DNA of 64,000 bases from Geosiphon pyriformis uo1 (taxonomy: Eukaryota > Fungi > Glomeromycota), in assembly GCA_016748015.1 (NCBI GenBank), contig JAAOMT010000752.1, positions 380,976-444,975 of the forward strand. The letters run 5' to 3'. Position 1 is the first letter of the stretch. Every line of letters starts with the position of its first letter. Below, one piece after another: positions 40,345 to 53,014 of this stretch. The translations under genes and the position numbers were made by a program. The notes below the pieces were generated by a model. That model was not told where the DNA came from. It saw only the letters and a program-made list of their open reading frames with translations, and made no database searches.

Positions 40345-40612
40345 ACTTTAACCTACATCAGGTTAAGTTCCCTCTAATTTCTTCTGCAGTAGTCCATTTA
40401 ATGAATTAACATCTCAACTATTTATAATTATTTCGGCAATACAAGGTGGAATAAGTGGGGGAATTAATCTTAGGTCTATTCTCATTCAAAATAGCCATTA
40501 TAATAATAGGATCATGAGAATAATCATGAAAAGGAGGCTTTCCTGTTGCTAATTCCTATAATAACATGAAAAACCTATAAATATCACCAGCCAAAGTGAA
40601 CTTTTCTCCTCT
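40345..40612 (-). pseudogene. TKL kinase fragment (subdomains VIII-XI)
   Basis: RGEKFTLAGDIY..ATGKPPFHDYSHD..PLIPPCIAEII with frameshifts; paralogous to the three kinases. Confidence 0.85.
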
Positions 40613-41629
40613 GAAAGAATGAAAATAGATAATTATTATTATTATTAGAAGATATTTCTGAAACTTTATTTAATGTACGTTTAGAGGCGAATTCTAGCAC
40701 ATGTATTAAGTTGTTTAACTATGTTCACATGGTTTAAAAAATGTCTTGATTCATCAAACTACCATTCGCCATAAATCATGCTAAAATTAATAAACAGGTT
40801 TGACTATTTAATTCGATACGTAAATTTTACCTAACCTCCTATTTTTTCCCTCCACCGCAGATTTTGTTTAACCACCATAAAATTGAACTATGAAGTCTTT
40901 AAGCAATTTTGGCGCATCAGTTACCTAAATGCAACTCATCTAATTTAACATGATTGATTTTTATGCTAAAACGATATTAATGGCAATCATGTCATTCATT
41001 ATCTTCAATATAAAACAAAAATTGAAGTCTAAACACTAATTAGCGATAGAAAATACTTAAATTAGGTAACATTTTAAGTAGTCATCATTTAAAGTCTTTC
41101 TTTTTATATGAATTTATTAAAAATTAGAATTTTAAGGTTTGTTGCTAAGTTAAGTATTTTTAAATAATTAAATTTAATATCTAATATATCACATGAGTGC
41201 AATCAAAAGCTTGGAAGAAATAATTGAAATAGTAAATCATTTTTATATTTAATTAATAGATATAGATATATATCTATATATTTCATTATAAACAAAATAA
41301 CTAACTTATTTAATTTAAAAATTTTTATTGTCAAATAAGAATACTGATAAAGGTTATTTTAAGGTGTAATTACAGATAGATTTAATGATTATATTTTATG
41401 TTTCACACGAAAGCCACAAGTAGTTAGTTTACTATTGGTTGTTGTTTTTTGTTTTCGTCATACAAGAAATTGAACTGCTCCATTTATAATGAGACAATGG
41501 AAAACTTTTTTGGGGTCTTTCTGCATAAATACCAACTTCGCCTTTAAAAAATTATTTTCTAAACAAATTATCAAATAAAGCTTTAAAAAAATCCTCTTCA
41601 AATAATAACCTATTCACATTTTATTCACT

Positions 41630-42482
41630 ATGGGGAATCTTCAAACTAAAATAACCCGCTCAGAAGCCTATGTTAAAAAAACTCGTCCGTATGCTCATGA
41701 CTGCAACGAGTGTGAAGCGTGTCAGGGAAGCATTAAAAATAATAATAATAATTATTGTAGTGCATGCCAGTTCATATTTTTTGAAAAACTTTATAAAGAC
41801 TTCTCAAGTGGCAATAAAGAAGTTGATGAAATAATTAAGAATCCAATTTATATTCCACTTAAAGATTTTAATGGTAAATTAAATTACTATGATTGGATTC
41901 CATGGGAGCGTTTGTCGAATGTCAATGAAATTGCTAGAGGAGGGTTCGGTATAATTTATAAAGCAACATGGATTGATGGACGGATTGATACGTGGAGTAT
42001 AGGATGTAATGGTGAATATAAAAGAGAAGGAACAGTGGAAGTAGCTATAAAAATTATAAAAACGAACAGTGAAGAAGTGTTTAAAGAGGTAAACAAATTA
42101 TTATTATTTATGTTTATATTTATATTTAATTAATTCATATTTAACTATTATTTATTTACTGTATATTATTATCGTTTATTTACTTTTTTACACTGTGTCG
42201 TTGATAGTTAAATATTCAAAGAACTATGTTTATTAATAAGGGTAGGGGTGTAGATTATATCTGTTCAATGTATGGGATTACGCAAAACGCTGAAACACTC
42301 GAATATGGAATTGTTATGGACTTTGCTAAACGTGGAGACATGAGGAATTATTTATCAACAAATTTTCATTCTACAAGTTGGATTGACCTACACTCGGGTA
42401 ACATCCTACAATTATATGAACGATTGGTACGTATTGGAGACTTCGGATTATGTCAACCAGTAAACCATGAAGCAACAACAAT

Positions 42483-42517
<35 letters not shown>

Positions 42518-43290
42518 GAAGAAGAAAAGACACGAAAGAAAAAAAGATATATGGAGTGATTCCATACATTCCACCAGAAGTTTTAAGAGGAGAAAAGTTT
42601 ACAAAAGCTGGTGATATTTATAGTTATGGAATGTTATTATGGGAATTAGCAACAGGAAAGCCTCCCTTTTATGATTGTAAACATGATCATATTCTTATAA
42701 TGGCTATTTTAAATGGTCAAAGACCTAAGATTACCTTCCCACTTATTCCACCTCGTATCGCTGAAATAATTATAACGTGTTGGGATCCTAATCCCGAGAA
42801 TCGTCCTACTGCTGAAGAAATTGATGAGATGTTGTTCGAACTTAAGGCAATGTATGAATGGTTTATAGATAAGAGTTCTACAGATGAGGAGTCTACAGCT
42901 GAGGGGTTTATAGATGCGGAGTCTACAGATGAGGAGTTTTCATATAAAGAGTCTAAAACTGTAAGTCTTCAGTTTCTAGAATCAGAGAAATACTTAAAAG
43001 AAATGGCAGAAAGTGATGACTCAACGACAACAAATCAATCAACGACGACAATGACAACAACAACAACTCGCATTCATTCAGGAGCAGTTTATACAAGCCG
43101 TGTTTTGACTTTGCAAATGATTGATTTTTCTAAAGGTAAGTCTATTATATGTATAAGTTATAAACATTTTGATCGAATAATTTAATGTTAAACTTTTATT
43201 TTAATTTTCAATTATCATTTTTAAAACAAAATTTATCTACCTTCCATAGACCTGATCGCGATCAGAGATCTTCATCGCAAAAAAGTTTAA
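41630..43290 (+). CDS. TKL kinase paralogue K1, probable pseudokinase; exons 41630-42088, 42208-43135, 43250-43290
   Basis: GT-AG introns join in frame. Cys-rich N-terminus, ARGGFGIIY, VAIK, DFG, PPE are present. An in-frame deletion removes helix E and HR of HRD (STSWIDLHSGN). Last exon is less certain. Confidence 0.85.
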
Positions 43291-43494
43291 TTTTATTCAG
43301 TTCGTAATTAGTTTAAACTTTTATTTAAAAAATTAACAGTGAATGTGCTATCATCAATCCCCTCAATTTGAAACTATTATTCAAAAACAAAATGAATATT
43401 TTTATTTGCATGTGATTTGATTGAACATTAATCCTTTATCAAACTAAAAATTTGGTGAAAACTTAAAGATGCTTAGGCATTAATACTATATCAA

Positions 43495-44074
43495 NNNNNN
43501 NNNNNNNNNNNNNNNNNNNNNNNNNNNNNNNNNNNNNNNNNNNNNNNNNNNNNNNNNNNNNNNNNNNNNNNNNNNNNNNNNNNNNNNNNNNNNNNNNNNN
43601 NNNNNNNNNNNNNNNNNNNNNNNNNNNNNNNNNNNNNNNNNNNNNNNNNNNNNNNNNNNNNNNNNNNNNNNNNNNNNNNNNNNNNNNNNNNNNNNNNNNN
43701 NNNNNNNNNNNNNNNNNNNNNNNNNNNNNNNNNNNNNNNNNNNNNNNNNNNNNNNNNNNNNNNNNNNNNNNNNNNNNNNNNNNNNNNNNNNNNNNNNNNN
43801 NNNNNNNNNNNNNNNNNNNNNNNNNNNNNNNNNNNNNNNNNNNNNNNNNNNNNNNNNNNNNNNNNNNNNNNNNNNNNNNNNNNNNNNNNNNNNNNNNNNN
43901 NNNNNNNNNNNNNNNNNNNNNNNNNNNNNNNNNNNNNNNNNNNNNNNNNNNNNNNNNNNNNNNNNNNNNNNNNNNNNNNNNNNNNNNNNNNNNNNNNNNN
44001 NNNNNNNNNNNNNNNNNNNNNNNNNNNNNNNNNNNNNNNNNNNNNNNNNNNNNNNNNNNNNNNNNNNNNNNNNN
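43495..44074. other. Assembly gap (580 N)
   Basis: Run of n between the convergent K1 and K2. Confidence 1.
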
Positions 44075-44534
44075 NGCTAGAATAGGATTCAATGCATTAA
44101 TAAAACAACATAAATTGATAGATTAATTGATTTAGATAGCATAAAATATCATTGTAAAATGGAATTTTAAGAAACAAAACTAATTCAAAGCACCAAATAA
44201 AATTTATTAACACATCTTTGCAGAATAGTAATAAACTCTTTAAAGAAGTATATTTTTATTTGTTTAAATTTATTTTATATGGAGATATGACCATTCTACT
44301 CATTGGTTCGATAAATTAGAGATCGCGTGTTAGGCTACATAGAATTCATTCGGTTGTTTAGATAATTGAGATTTATAAGTTGAATTAAGTTAACAACTAA
44401 ACAATTAAACGTCAAACTCAAAGGGAATATTTTATAAAAGAATGAAAACAATGAAATGAATGTAATAAATATCGTAACTACTAGAATTGAAATTTTAAAA
44501 TACAAATAAAGATACCCGATTACGATTAGATCTA

Positions 44535-46232
44535 TTAAGAGTCGTCTAATATAAAAGAAATAATAAAATAACCATTAAAAATATTATAATGTTAAGTACA
44601 TAATTATATTTAAACTTTTTTAATTTCTTACCTTTAGGGAGGAACACAAATTCTTTGATAATAGTATAGTAAATTAAATGTAAATTTTTAATATACTGTA
44701 TAATAATTAAATAAAAGAATTAATCAATATAAAAATAGATAAACTAACCTTTAGAAAAATCAATCATTTGCAAAGTTAAAACACGACTTGTATAAACCGC
44801 TCCTGGATGAATACGAGTTGTTGTCGTTGTCATTGTCGTAGTTGATTGATTTGTTGTCGTTGAGTCGTCACTTTCTGCCATTTCTTTTACGTATTTATCT
44901 GATTCTAGAAACTGAGGACCTAACTCCTCATCTGTAGAATTCTTATCTCTAAACCGTTCATACATTCCCAAAAGGGTGAGCAACTTACTCCAAACTTCTC
45001 TGGCAGTAGGACGATTTTCAGGATTAACATCCCAACACGTTATAATTATTTCAGCGATACGAGGTGGAATAAGTGGGAAAGTAATCTCAGGTCTAATACC
45101 ATTTAAAATATCTATTATAAGAAGGTGGTCATGAGAACGATCATAAAAAGGAGGCTTTCCTGTTACTAATTCCAATAATAACATTCCATAACTATAAATA
45201 TCACCAGCTTTTGTAAACTTTTCTCCTCTTAAAACTTCTGGTGGAATGTATGGAATCACTCCATATATATATTTTTCCTCTGTTGTTGTTGTTGCTTCAT
45301 TTTTTACTGGTTGACATAATCCGAGGTCTCCAATATTTATACGTTCATTACTAAATTTTAGGATGTTGCCCGAGTGTAGGTCACGATGAACCATACCAAA
45401 AGAATGAATTTGTTTAAGTCCTTCAGCTATATCACCTGCGATCAATAATTTATCATCCCAACTCATAGAATGAAAATTTGTTGATAAATATTTTCGCATA
45501 TCTCCAAGTTTAGCAAAGGGCATCACAATTCCATATTCGAGTGTTTCAGCGTTTTGCGTAATTCCAATTATATTAGAGATGTAATAATTGTCTTTTTTAT
45601 CACAGTTAATAAAAATAGCTCTTTCAATGTTTAACTATCAACGACACAGTGTAAAATAGTAAATAAACGATATTATACAGTAAATAAATAATAGGTAAAT
45701 ATTAATTAATTGAATATGAATTAATTAAAAATGAATTTTAGATAAATATTAATAATAATAATAGTTTGTTTACCTCTTTAAACACTTCTTCACTGTTCGT
45801 TGACATAATTTTTATTACTACTTCCACTGTTCCTTCTCTTTTATAGTCCATTTCACCATTATGTTTTATACTTCTTACATCAATTAATCCATCAATTAGA
45901 GTTGCTTTATAAATTATACTGAACCCTCCTCTAGCAATTTGGTTAATATTCGACAAACGCTCCCATGGAATCCATTCATAGTATTTCAATCTAGCATAAT
46001 AGTCATTATTCTTATTAGGTGGAATATAGATTGGATTTCTAATTATTTCATCCACTTCTTTATTGCCGCTTGAAAAGTTCTTATAAAGTTTTTCAAAAAA
46101 TATGAACTGGCATGCTCTACAACGATTAACCCAATTACTGCAAATCATTCTAATTTCGTCTTGACAATAAAAACACACATTGCAATCATGAGATTCTGGA
46201 CGAGTTGTTCTTTTAATTTCTTTGTTTTCCAT
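44535..46232 (-). CDS. TKL kinase paralogue K2, intact; exons 46232-45774, 45634-44749, 44652-44632, 44545-44535
   Basis: 459-nt exon 1, phase-0 intron, ARGGFSIIY, VVIK, HRDLHSGN, DLG, PPE, DIYSYG. The two 3' micro-exons and their splice sites are conserved in K3; without splicing the stop is at 44744. Confidence 0.9.
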
Positions 46233-46849
46233 GGTATGAATAAGAACGGATAAAATGTAAATAGATTATTATTCGAAGAAGGTTTTTTTGAAAATTTTTA
46301 TTTGATAGTACGTTTAAAAAGTAATTTATTTAAACGCGGGAGTTCTTATTTATATTGTTTCAATTTATTAACCTTAAAAAAAAATATTTATTCATCAAAC
46401 TATGACTCGCTATAAATTATACTAAATAGGTAGCTGTAATACACAAAGAAAGACGCCAAACAAGTTTCATTATGGTTGTCTGAGCAAGTAGTTTAATGAA
46501 TTTTAGCAGCACAGTATTTTTAATGCCTAACTTGTTTTGTGTTGAGTGTTGTCGTTGTTGTTGTTGTTGTTTGTGTTGTTGTTCTACAAAGAAATGAAAA
46601 CTCTGTGTACCAAAACAGAGAAGTTTATTTACGACCGCTTTTAGTTTCTTGTTTTTGTTAGCTCTTAAACTAACTTTGGTTGCTTTAAAGAAAAACTTTC
46701 AAATTCTTAATTATAATCCTAAATAAAACTTTTAGATATTAAGGGATCTGTTTGTTTTATAAATTTCACATTTGCACAACAGCATTTTATTTCCTTAATC
46801 AAAAAATTGAGCAATAATTCATAAAACTACATTTTTACAAGTTAAGATT

Positions 46850-47860
46850 GGGAATTATTTTCAATTTTATTAATTTATTTACCTATTATCCAGTTATTCT
46901 TGAATTTTCTTGTTTTCGAGAAAAAAAGCGTATATTTTGCTTACATAATTGTTTATTGACTTAATAAATCATATTTAGACAATCTATATTAATAGTTTTT
47001 ATAAATAAATTAATGAAAATTTGGCTTTCAAAATTAAAAGTCACCCGCTAAAACACTTACTTTATTTGTTAATAAAAATAGATTATTGCAATATTAATTG
47101 ATTACTGTTTATTAAAATTATTGTTAAGAATCGATATTTATTTTTTAATTTCTAATTTCTAATTTCTTGGATCAATTGGCATTTATTAAATTTTATGCTA
47201 AATTGAATCTGAAAATTGTAAAAAACTATTTTTGACGTATTTATAAACATTTGAATATATAACTATGTTATTTGGAATTATTAATGCATTTTGCAATATT
47301 TTAAGATTTTGTTATTTTCAAAAATAAAAAAATATAATTATTTTGTTTAATAGCATTTTTAATTTTATTTTGATACTATTTTAGTTGTATTTATCATTTT
47401 ATTAACTACATATTATAATATCTTATAATTAATTTTAATCACATGTATTATTAATTATTATTATAATAATATGAAAATTTTATTAGAAACTAATAGAATC
47501 TCAGTTAAAAACAAAATAAAACAATAATTAATGTTATTTAGGTTAAAAAAACTGCTAATAAAAAAATTGTATATATACTTATTATTGATGAATTATAATG
47601 TAATATAAAAATGATAATATAAATACAATTTTTATTATAAATAAGAAAGTATAATGATAATTAACTAAAAAAATGATAATGTAATTGAAAATAATATTAG
47701 AATAACTAAAAAAATAATAAAGCTAGAAAATAATAGAAAAATTAAAATAAAATTAAAAATTAAAAACTATAAATAGTAACAGCCATTGAGCATTATTTTA
47801 AAATTAATTGTTAATTTAATTATTGACCAAGTTATTAACATAGTCGTTAATTTAATTTTT
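46850..47860 (+). repeat. Dispersed AT-rich repeat, second copy at ~58720-59530
   Basis: Shared collinear anchors ttattcttgaattttcttgttttcgag, aagtcacc.gct.aaa, ggatc.attggcat, acagccatt. Confidence 0.8.
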
Positions 47861-49988
47861 AACTTAAAGATTAACTTAATTATTGATCTGATTGTTAATT
47901 TATTTTTAATTTGTATATAAAAAATGCGGATTAAAAAATAAGGTATTAATTGTTTTATTGTTTATTATTTTTATAGCAAATTATTTTTTACTTTCAAATT
48001 AATGTTAATTTTTGGTAATTTTCAAGTTTGACTATTTTAAAACTGATTTTATTGATATTTTTTATTAAATATTTTAATAATTTTCATATAAAATTTTGAT
48101 TTCCTTGTTAGTTAATCTAATAACTGAATATAATTTATTAGAAATACTGTTTTCTTAAAAATTTTATTACATTCCTTAAAAATGTACAATATTATTTGAA
48201 TTGACAAAGACTAATTAATTCAAATTAACAAAAAAGTTTTCAATTCAAAATTTGCGATAAAGTTTCGTGTTTTTAGCATGATATTTTATATTACTTAATT
48301 TTAGAAAGTTTGCATCTTTTGAAATTATTAATGAAATTAGTTTAAGAACTTATTTTTTAAACTTTTCATTAAATTTCAAATTTTATAATATAATTAAAAC
48401 ACTATATGAAATGCCAAATTTTTTTATTACTATTTATTATGATTTCGAAGTAAAACAAAAATATATATTATTATTAATTGTAATTTTTTTTAAGATTTTT
48501 AGTCAAAAATTGTTTTAAATTAATTACATTTTTAATTAATGAATATTATTTTTAATTATTAATTTTTAATTATTATTAATTGCATCATTAATTTTTTTTA
48601 TTATATTATAAATTTAATTTATTTTTCTATTATACTGTAATATATTAATAATTATGTGTACAATTTTTTATTCTTAACAAAACTTTTTAATTTGATTGAC
48701 ACCAATTAATTTTTTTTTATTCTATTTATTTTACTTTACTAATTTTCGTCAGTTTACTTTATTAAAATAGTTGTTTTTTAATAAAATCAAAATATAATTT
48801 TGGATTTGATTAATTATTAATTTTTATTAAAAGTAATAAACAAAACAATTGTGAATATATTTTGAAATGAATAAACAAATGAATAAAATATGAGATCTTA
48901 ATTTCGAAATAACATTAGTTAAATAAATATACATTAAAAAGACTAAAAAATAATTTTTTTCGCCTAAAATTAAAATCATTAAATGCATTAAAAAATATTT
49001 TGATAAATTTTTAATACAAATAAAATTACTTTTGTTGATAAATATTTTATTATAATTATTATTATAAGAATAATACCAAAATTTATTATCATATATATGA
49101 TTTAATAAGATAAAAGAAATTAATAAACTATTTTAAATTTTGATCGAAAAAATTAATTTATTTAAAAATCAGTAAAATAGTTTGGTTTAATAAAAATTAT
49201 AATGTAAATCAAAAAAAAGATTAATTTGATTTATTAAATTTATAATTAAACCAATGAAACAAATTCTTTTTATATATAAAAACTAGATTTCATTTGCAAG
49301 AAACGTAATATTTTTAAAATACTGAATGTAACGTTCAGATTTATTTATTGGAAATGAAATTATTTAAGCATTATATTTAAGGAGTATTTACATATATTTT
49401 TAGAGTTTAAATATATTAATAAATAGAATCATAATGCCTGATTATACCATTCTTATTTAAAGATTTTCTTGTAGGTGATATGTCCCTTAATATTTAAAAG
49501 TTTTATTTGGAATTATAATCAAGAATCTGAAGGGTTTTCCTTTAAAGAATCCAAAGTTAGTTTAAACCGAGAGCTAACGAAAACAAGAAACTAAAAGCGG
49601 TTCTTTAATGAAATTCTTAGTTTTAGTACACAAAGAGTTTTCATTTCTTTGTAGAACAACAATACCAACAACAACAATAAACATAAAACTATTTGATTAG
49701 GCAATGACAATGAGATCATGAGGAACTTGTTTGGCGTATTTCTTTGTGTCCCCGTAGCCACTTAAACCTATTTAGTATAATTTATAGCGAATCATAGTTT
49801 GATGAATAAAGACCACTTTTTAAGATTAATAAATTGATTTTTTTACTATGTGAACACAGAGAAACAATATAAATAAGAACTCGGCGTTTAAATAAATTAC
49901 TTTTTAAACGTACTATCAAATAAACATTTTCAAAAAAACCCTCTTCAAATAATAATCTATTTACATTTTATCCGTTCTTATTCATACC

Positions 49989-51748
49989 ATGGAAAACAAA
50001 GAAATTAAAAGAATAACTCGTCCAGAATCTCATGATTGCAATGTGTGTTTTTATTGTCAAGACGAAATTAGAATTTCCAGTAATTGGGTTACTCGTTGTA
50101 GAGCATGCCAGTTCATATTTTTTGAAAAATTTTACCAAGACTTTTCAAGTAGCAATAATGTAGTTGATGAAATAATTAAGAATCCAATCTATATTCCACC
50201 TAATAATAAAAATTATTATTTTAATGGTTGTTTGAATTATTATGAATGGATTCCATGGGAGCGTTTGTCGAATGTCAATGAAATTGCTAGAGGAGGGTTC
50301 AGTATAATTTATAAAGCAACATGGATTGATGGACGGATTGATACGTGGAGTATAGGATGTAATGGTGAATATAAAAGAGAAGGAACAGTGGAAGTAGCTA
50401 TAAAAATTATAAAAACGAACAGTGAAGAAGTGTTTAAAGAGGTAACAAATTATTATTATTTATATTTATATTTATATTTAATTAATTCATATTTAACTAT
50501 TATTTGTTTACTGTGTATTATCGTTTATTTACTATTTTACACTGTGTCGTTGATAGTTAAACATTGGAAGAGCTATTTTTATTAACACTGATGATAAAGA
50601 CAATTTTTTAATCTCTGAAATAATTGGAATTACGCAAAACACTGAAACACTCGAGTATGGAATTGTGTTGCCCTTTGCTAAATTTGGAGATATGCGAAAA
50701 TATTTATCAACAAATTTTCATTCTACAAGTTGGTATGATAAATTATGGATCGCGCGTACAATAGCTAAAGGACTTGATGACATTCATTCTTCTGGTCTGG
50801 TTCATCGTGACCTACACTCGGGCAACATTCTACAAATGTCTACTCATCGGGCAAACATTGGAGACCTCGGATTATGTCAACCAGTAAACCATGAAGCAAC
50901 AACAACAACAACAGACCCAACAACAGGAAAAGACATGAAAGAAAAAAGATATATGGAGTGATTCCATACATTTCACCAGAAGTTTTAAGAGGAGAAAAAT
51001 TTACAACAGCTGGTGATATTTATAGTTATGGAATGTTATTATGGGAATTATCAACAGGAAAGCCTCCCTTTTATGATTGTAAACATGATCATATTCTTAT
51101 AATGGCTATTTTAAATGGTCAAAGACCTAAGATTACCTTCCCACTTATTCCACCTTCAATTGCTAAACTTATTGAAGAGTGTTGGGATCCTAATCCTAAG
51201 AATCGTCCTACTGCTGAAAAAATTGGTTATAAGTTAATGGAACTTGAAAGCAACTATATTAAAATTGATTATTATACAGATGAGGAGCTTACAGCTGAGG
51301 AGTTTATAGATCAAGAGCCTACAGATGAGGAGTCTATAGAATGGGAGTCTAAAACTTTAAGTCTTCAGTTTAGAGAATCAGAGAAATACGTAAAAAAAAT
51401 GGCGGAAAGTGATGACTCAACGACAACAAATCAATCAACTACGACAATGACAACGACAACAACTCGTATTCATCCAGGAGCAGTTTATACAAGTCGTGTT
51501 TTAACTTTGCAAATGATTCAAGAAACAAAAGGTTAGTTTATTTAATTTAGAAATAATTAATTTATTTGGTTTAATTATTATACAGTATATTAAAAAAATA
51601 CATTTGATTTACATTACTATTTTAAAAGAATTAGTGTTTCTCCCTAAAGGTAAGAAATTGAAAAAAAGTTTAAATATAATTATGTAATTTACATTATAAT
51701 ATTTATAATGGTTATTTTACTATTTATTATATATTAGACGACGCATAA
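49989..51748 (+). pseudogene. TKL kinase paralogue K3 with a 1-nt deletion at ~50945 (true pseudogene or homopolymer error)
   Basis: Exons 49989-50441, 50557-~51531, 51629-51649, 51738-51748. HRDLHSGN and DLG intact. A6 here versus A7 in K1 before gatatatggagtg. Confidence 0.85.
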
Positions 51749-52964
51749 TAGATCTAATCGTGATCGGGTATCTTTATTTTCCCATTCGTAAGTACGTTGA
51801 CTCTATAATGCGATTAATTTTATTACTTGGTTAATCTTTTCATAAGGGACATATTTTAAATAGCTTTTATATGTTTTATATTTTAAATTATATTAATGAT
51901 AATGTTGTTAGATTTATTTCAATAAATGTTTTATTAATTTATTATAAAGAGTATTCTCTCTTATCTAAAAAATAATATTCAAACAAATATTTTCAGGAGG
52001 AACTATAATAAAAAAAAAGGATTCAAATTTATAATATTGATTAAACAAATCAATTAAACTTGAAAGTATTATAAGTGAAAGTTAAAACGTGGTGAAGGTC
52101 TTTATTTTATTAACAACTTTATGAATCAATGAAAGTTTTTTTAGAAAAGCAATCGACTAAACCTTTATTTAATAATCTTTTTAAATTTTAATAAAAATAA
52201 GATCACAATTGATTTTAATGTGAAAGAGCGAGTTAATGAATTTAGATAATTTTAAATACATTTTAAATGTGTTGCGCATATAATTAAATTAAGAGTAAAT
52301 ATCAATTAGTATCTGTTTTATTTAGTAGTTATCTAAATTATTAGGTTTTTTCTATTAAAAATGTAATTGAAAAATATGTAAATAAGCAATAGAAAAATTT
52401 TAATTTCTTGATTTATATATCGGATTAATTTATTTCAATGATATTATTAAAACTTGAACATATAACTAAATATGTTTAGTTAAATTCCTGAATTTGGGAT
52501 CAAAAAAGATTATATGACTTTTTTTTATAAATAATATACATGAATAATATATTATGTAATTAGGGTTTTTACTTTCTAATTAACAACTTCATATTTCTCA
52601 TATTTTTTTAGCATGTTCTTTTAAAAATAAAGCTAGGAGTTGAGTTTATTAGTTAGTTTTTGTTTATAGCTCTTTGAAAAATTTGTGCACAGTTGATTAA
52701 TTTAAATCTAATTACTTAAACCAATACAGATAAAAACCAGTTATAGGGATCGAATCTCCCCAGAGTTTTAGAATAAAAAAATGATTAAAGTTCGATATTA
52801 AAAAGTAAAGGTCACCCAAAAAACATTTTTTAGATATTTATATAATTTATTTATAATTAATAAATTAAAAAAATTCAAAGTATGTATATTTTTTCAGTTG
52901 AATTATTAGATGTAAATCAAAATTTAAAAATTCGTTATAAAATAAAAATTAAAAGAAAACTATA

Positions 52965-53013
<49 letters not shown>
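52965..53013. repeat. (ATT)n microsatellite, ~16 units
   Basis: Directly visible. Confidence 0.95.

Positions 53014-53014
<1 letters not shown>

Larger units (their letters stand above)
44504..51778. repeat. Inverted duplication: arms ~44504-46748 and ~49482-51778, with a 2.7-kb AT-rich spacer
   Basis: Similarity spans ~500 bp of upstream DNA, the gene and the 3' flank (aatagatctaatcgt.atcgggtatctttattt). Confidence 0.9.

Noticed and set aside
42371-42574. Poly-Leu membrane protein ORF
   Set aside because: Antisense reading of the (ACA)n tract in K1.
43463-44092. 209-aa ORF
   Set aside because: Artefact of the N gap.
52740-52765. tRNA/SINE B-box-like gggatcgaatctccc (and an A-box-like motif near 61400)
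   Set aside because: No cloverleaf and no partner box at a suitable distance.
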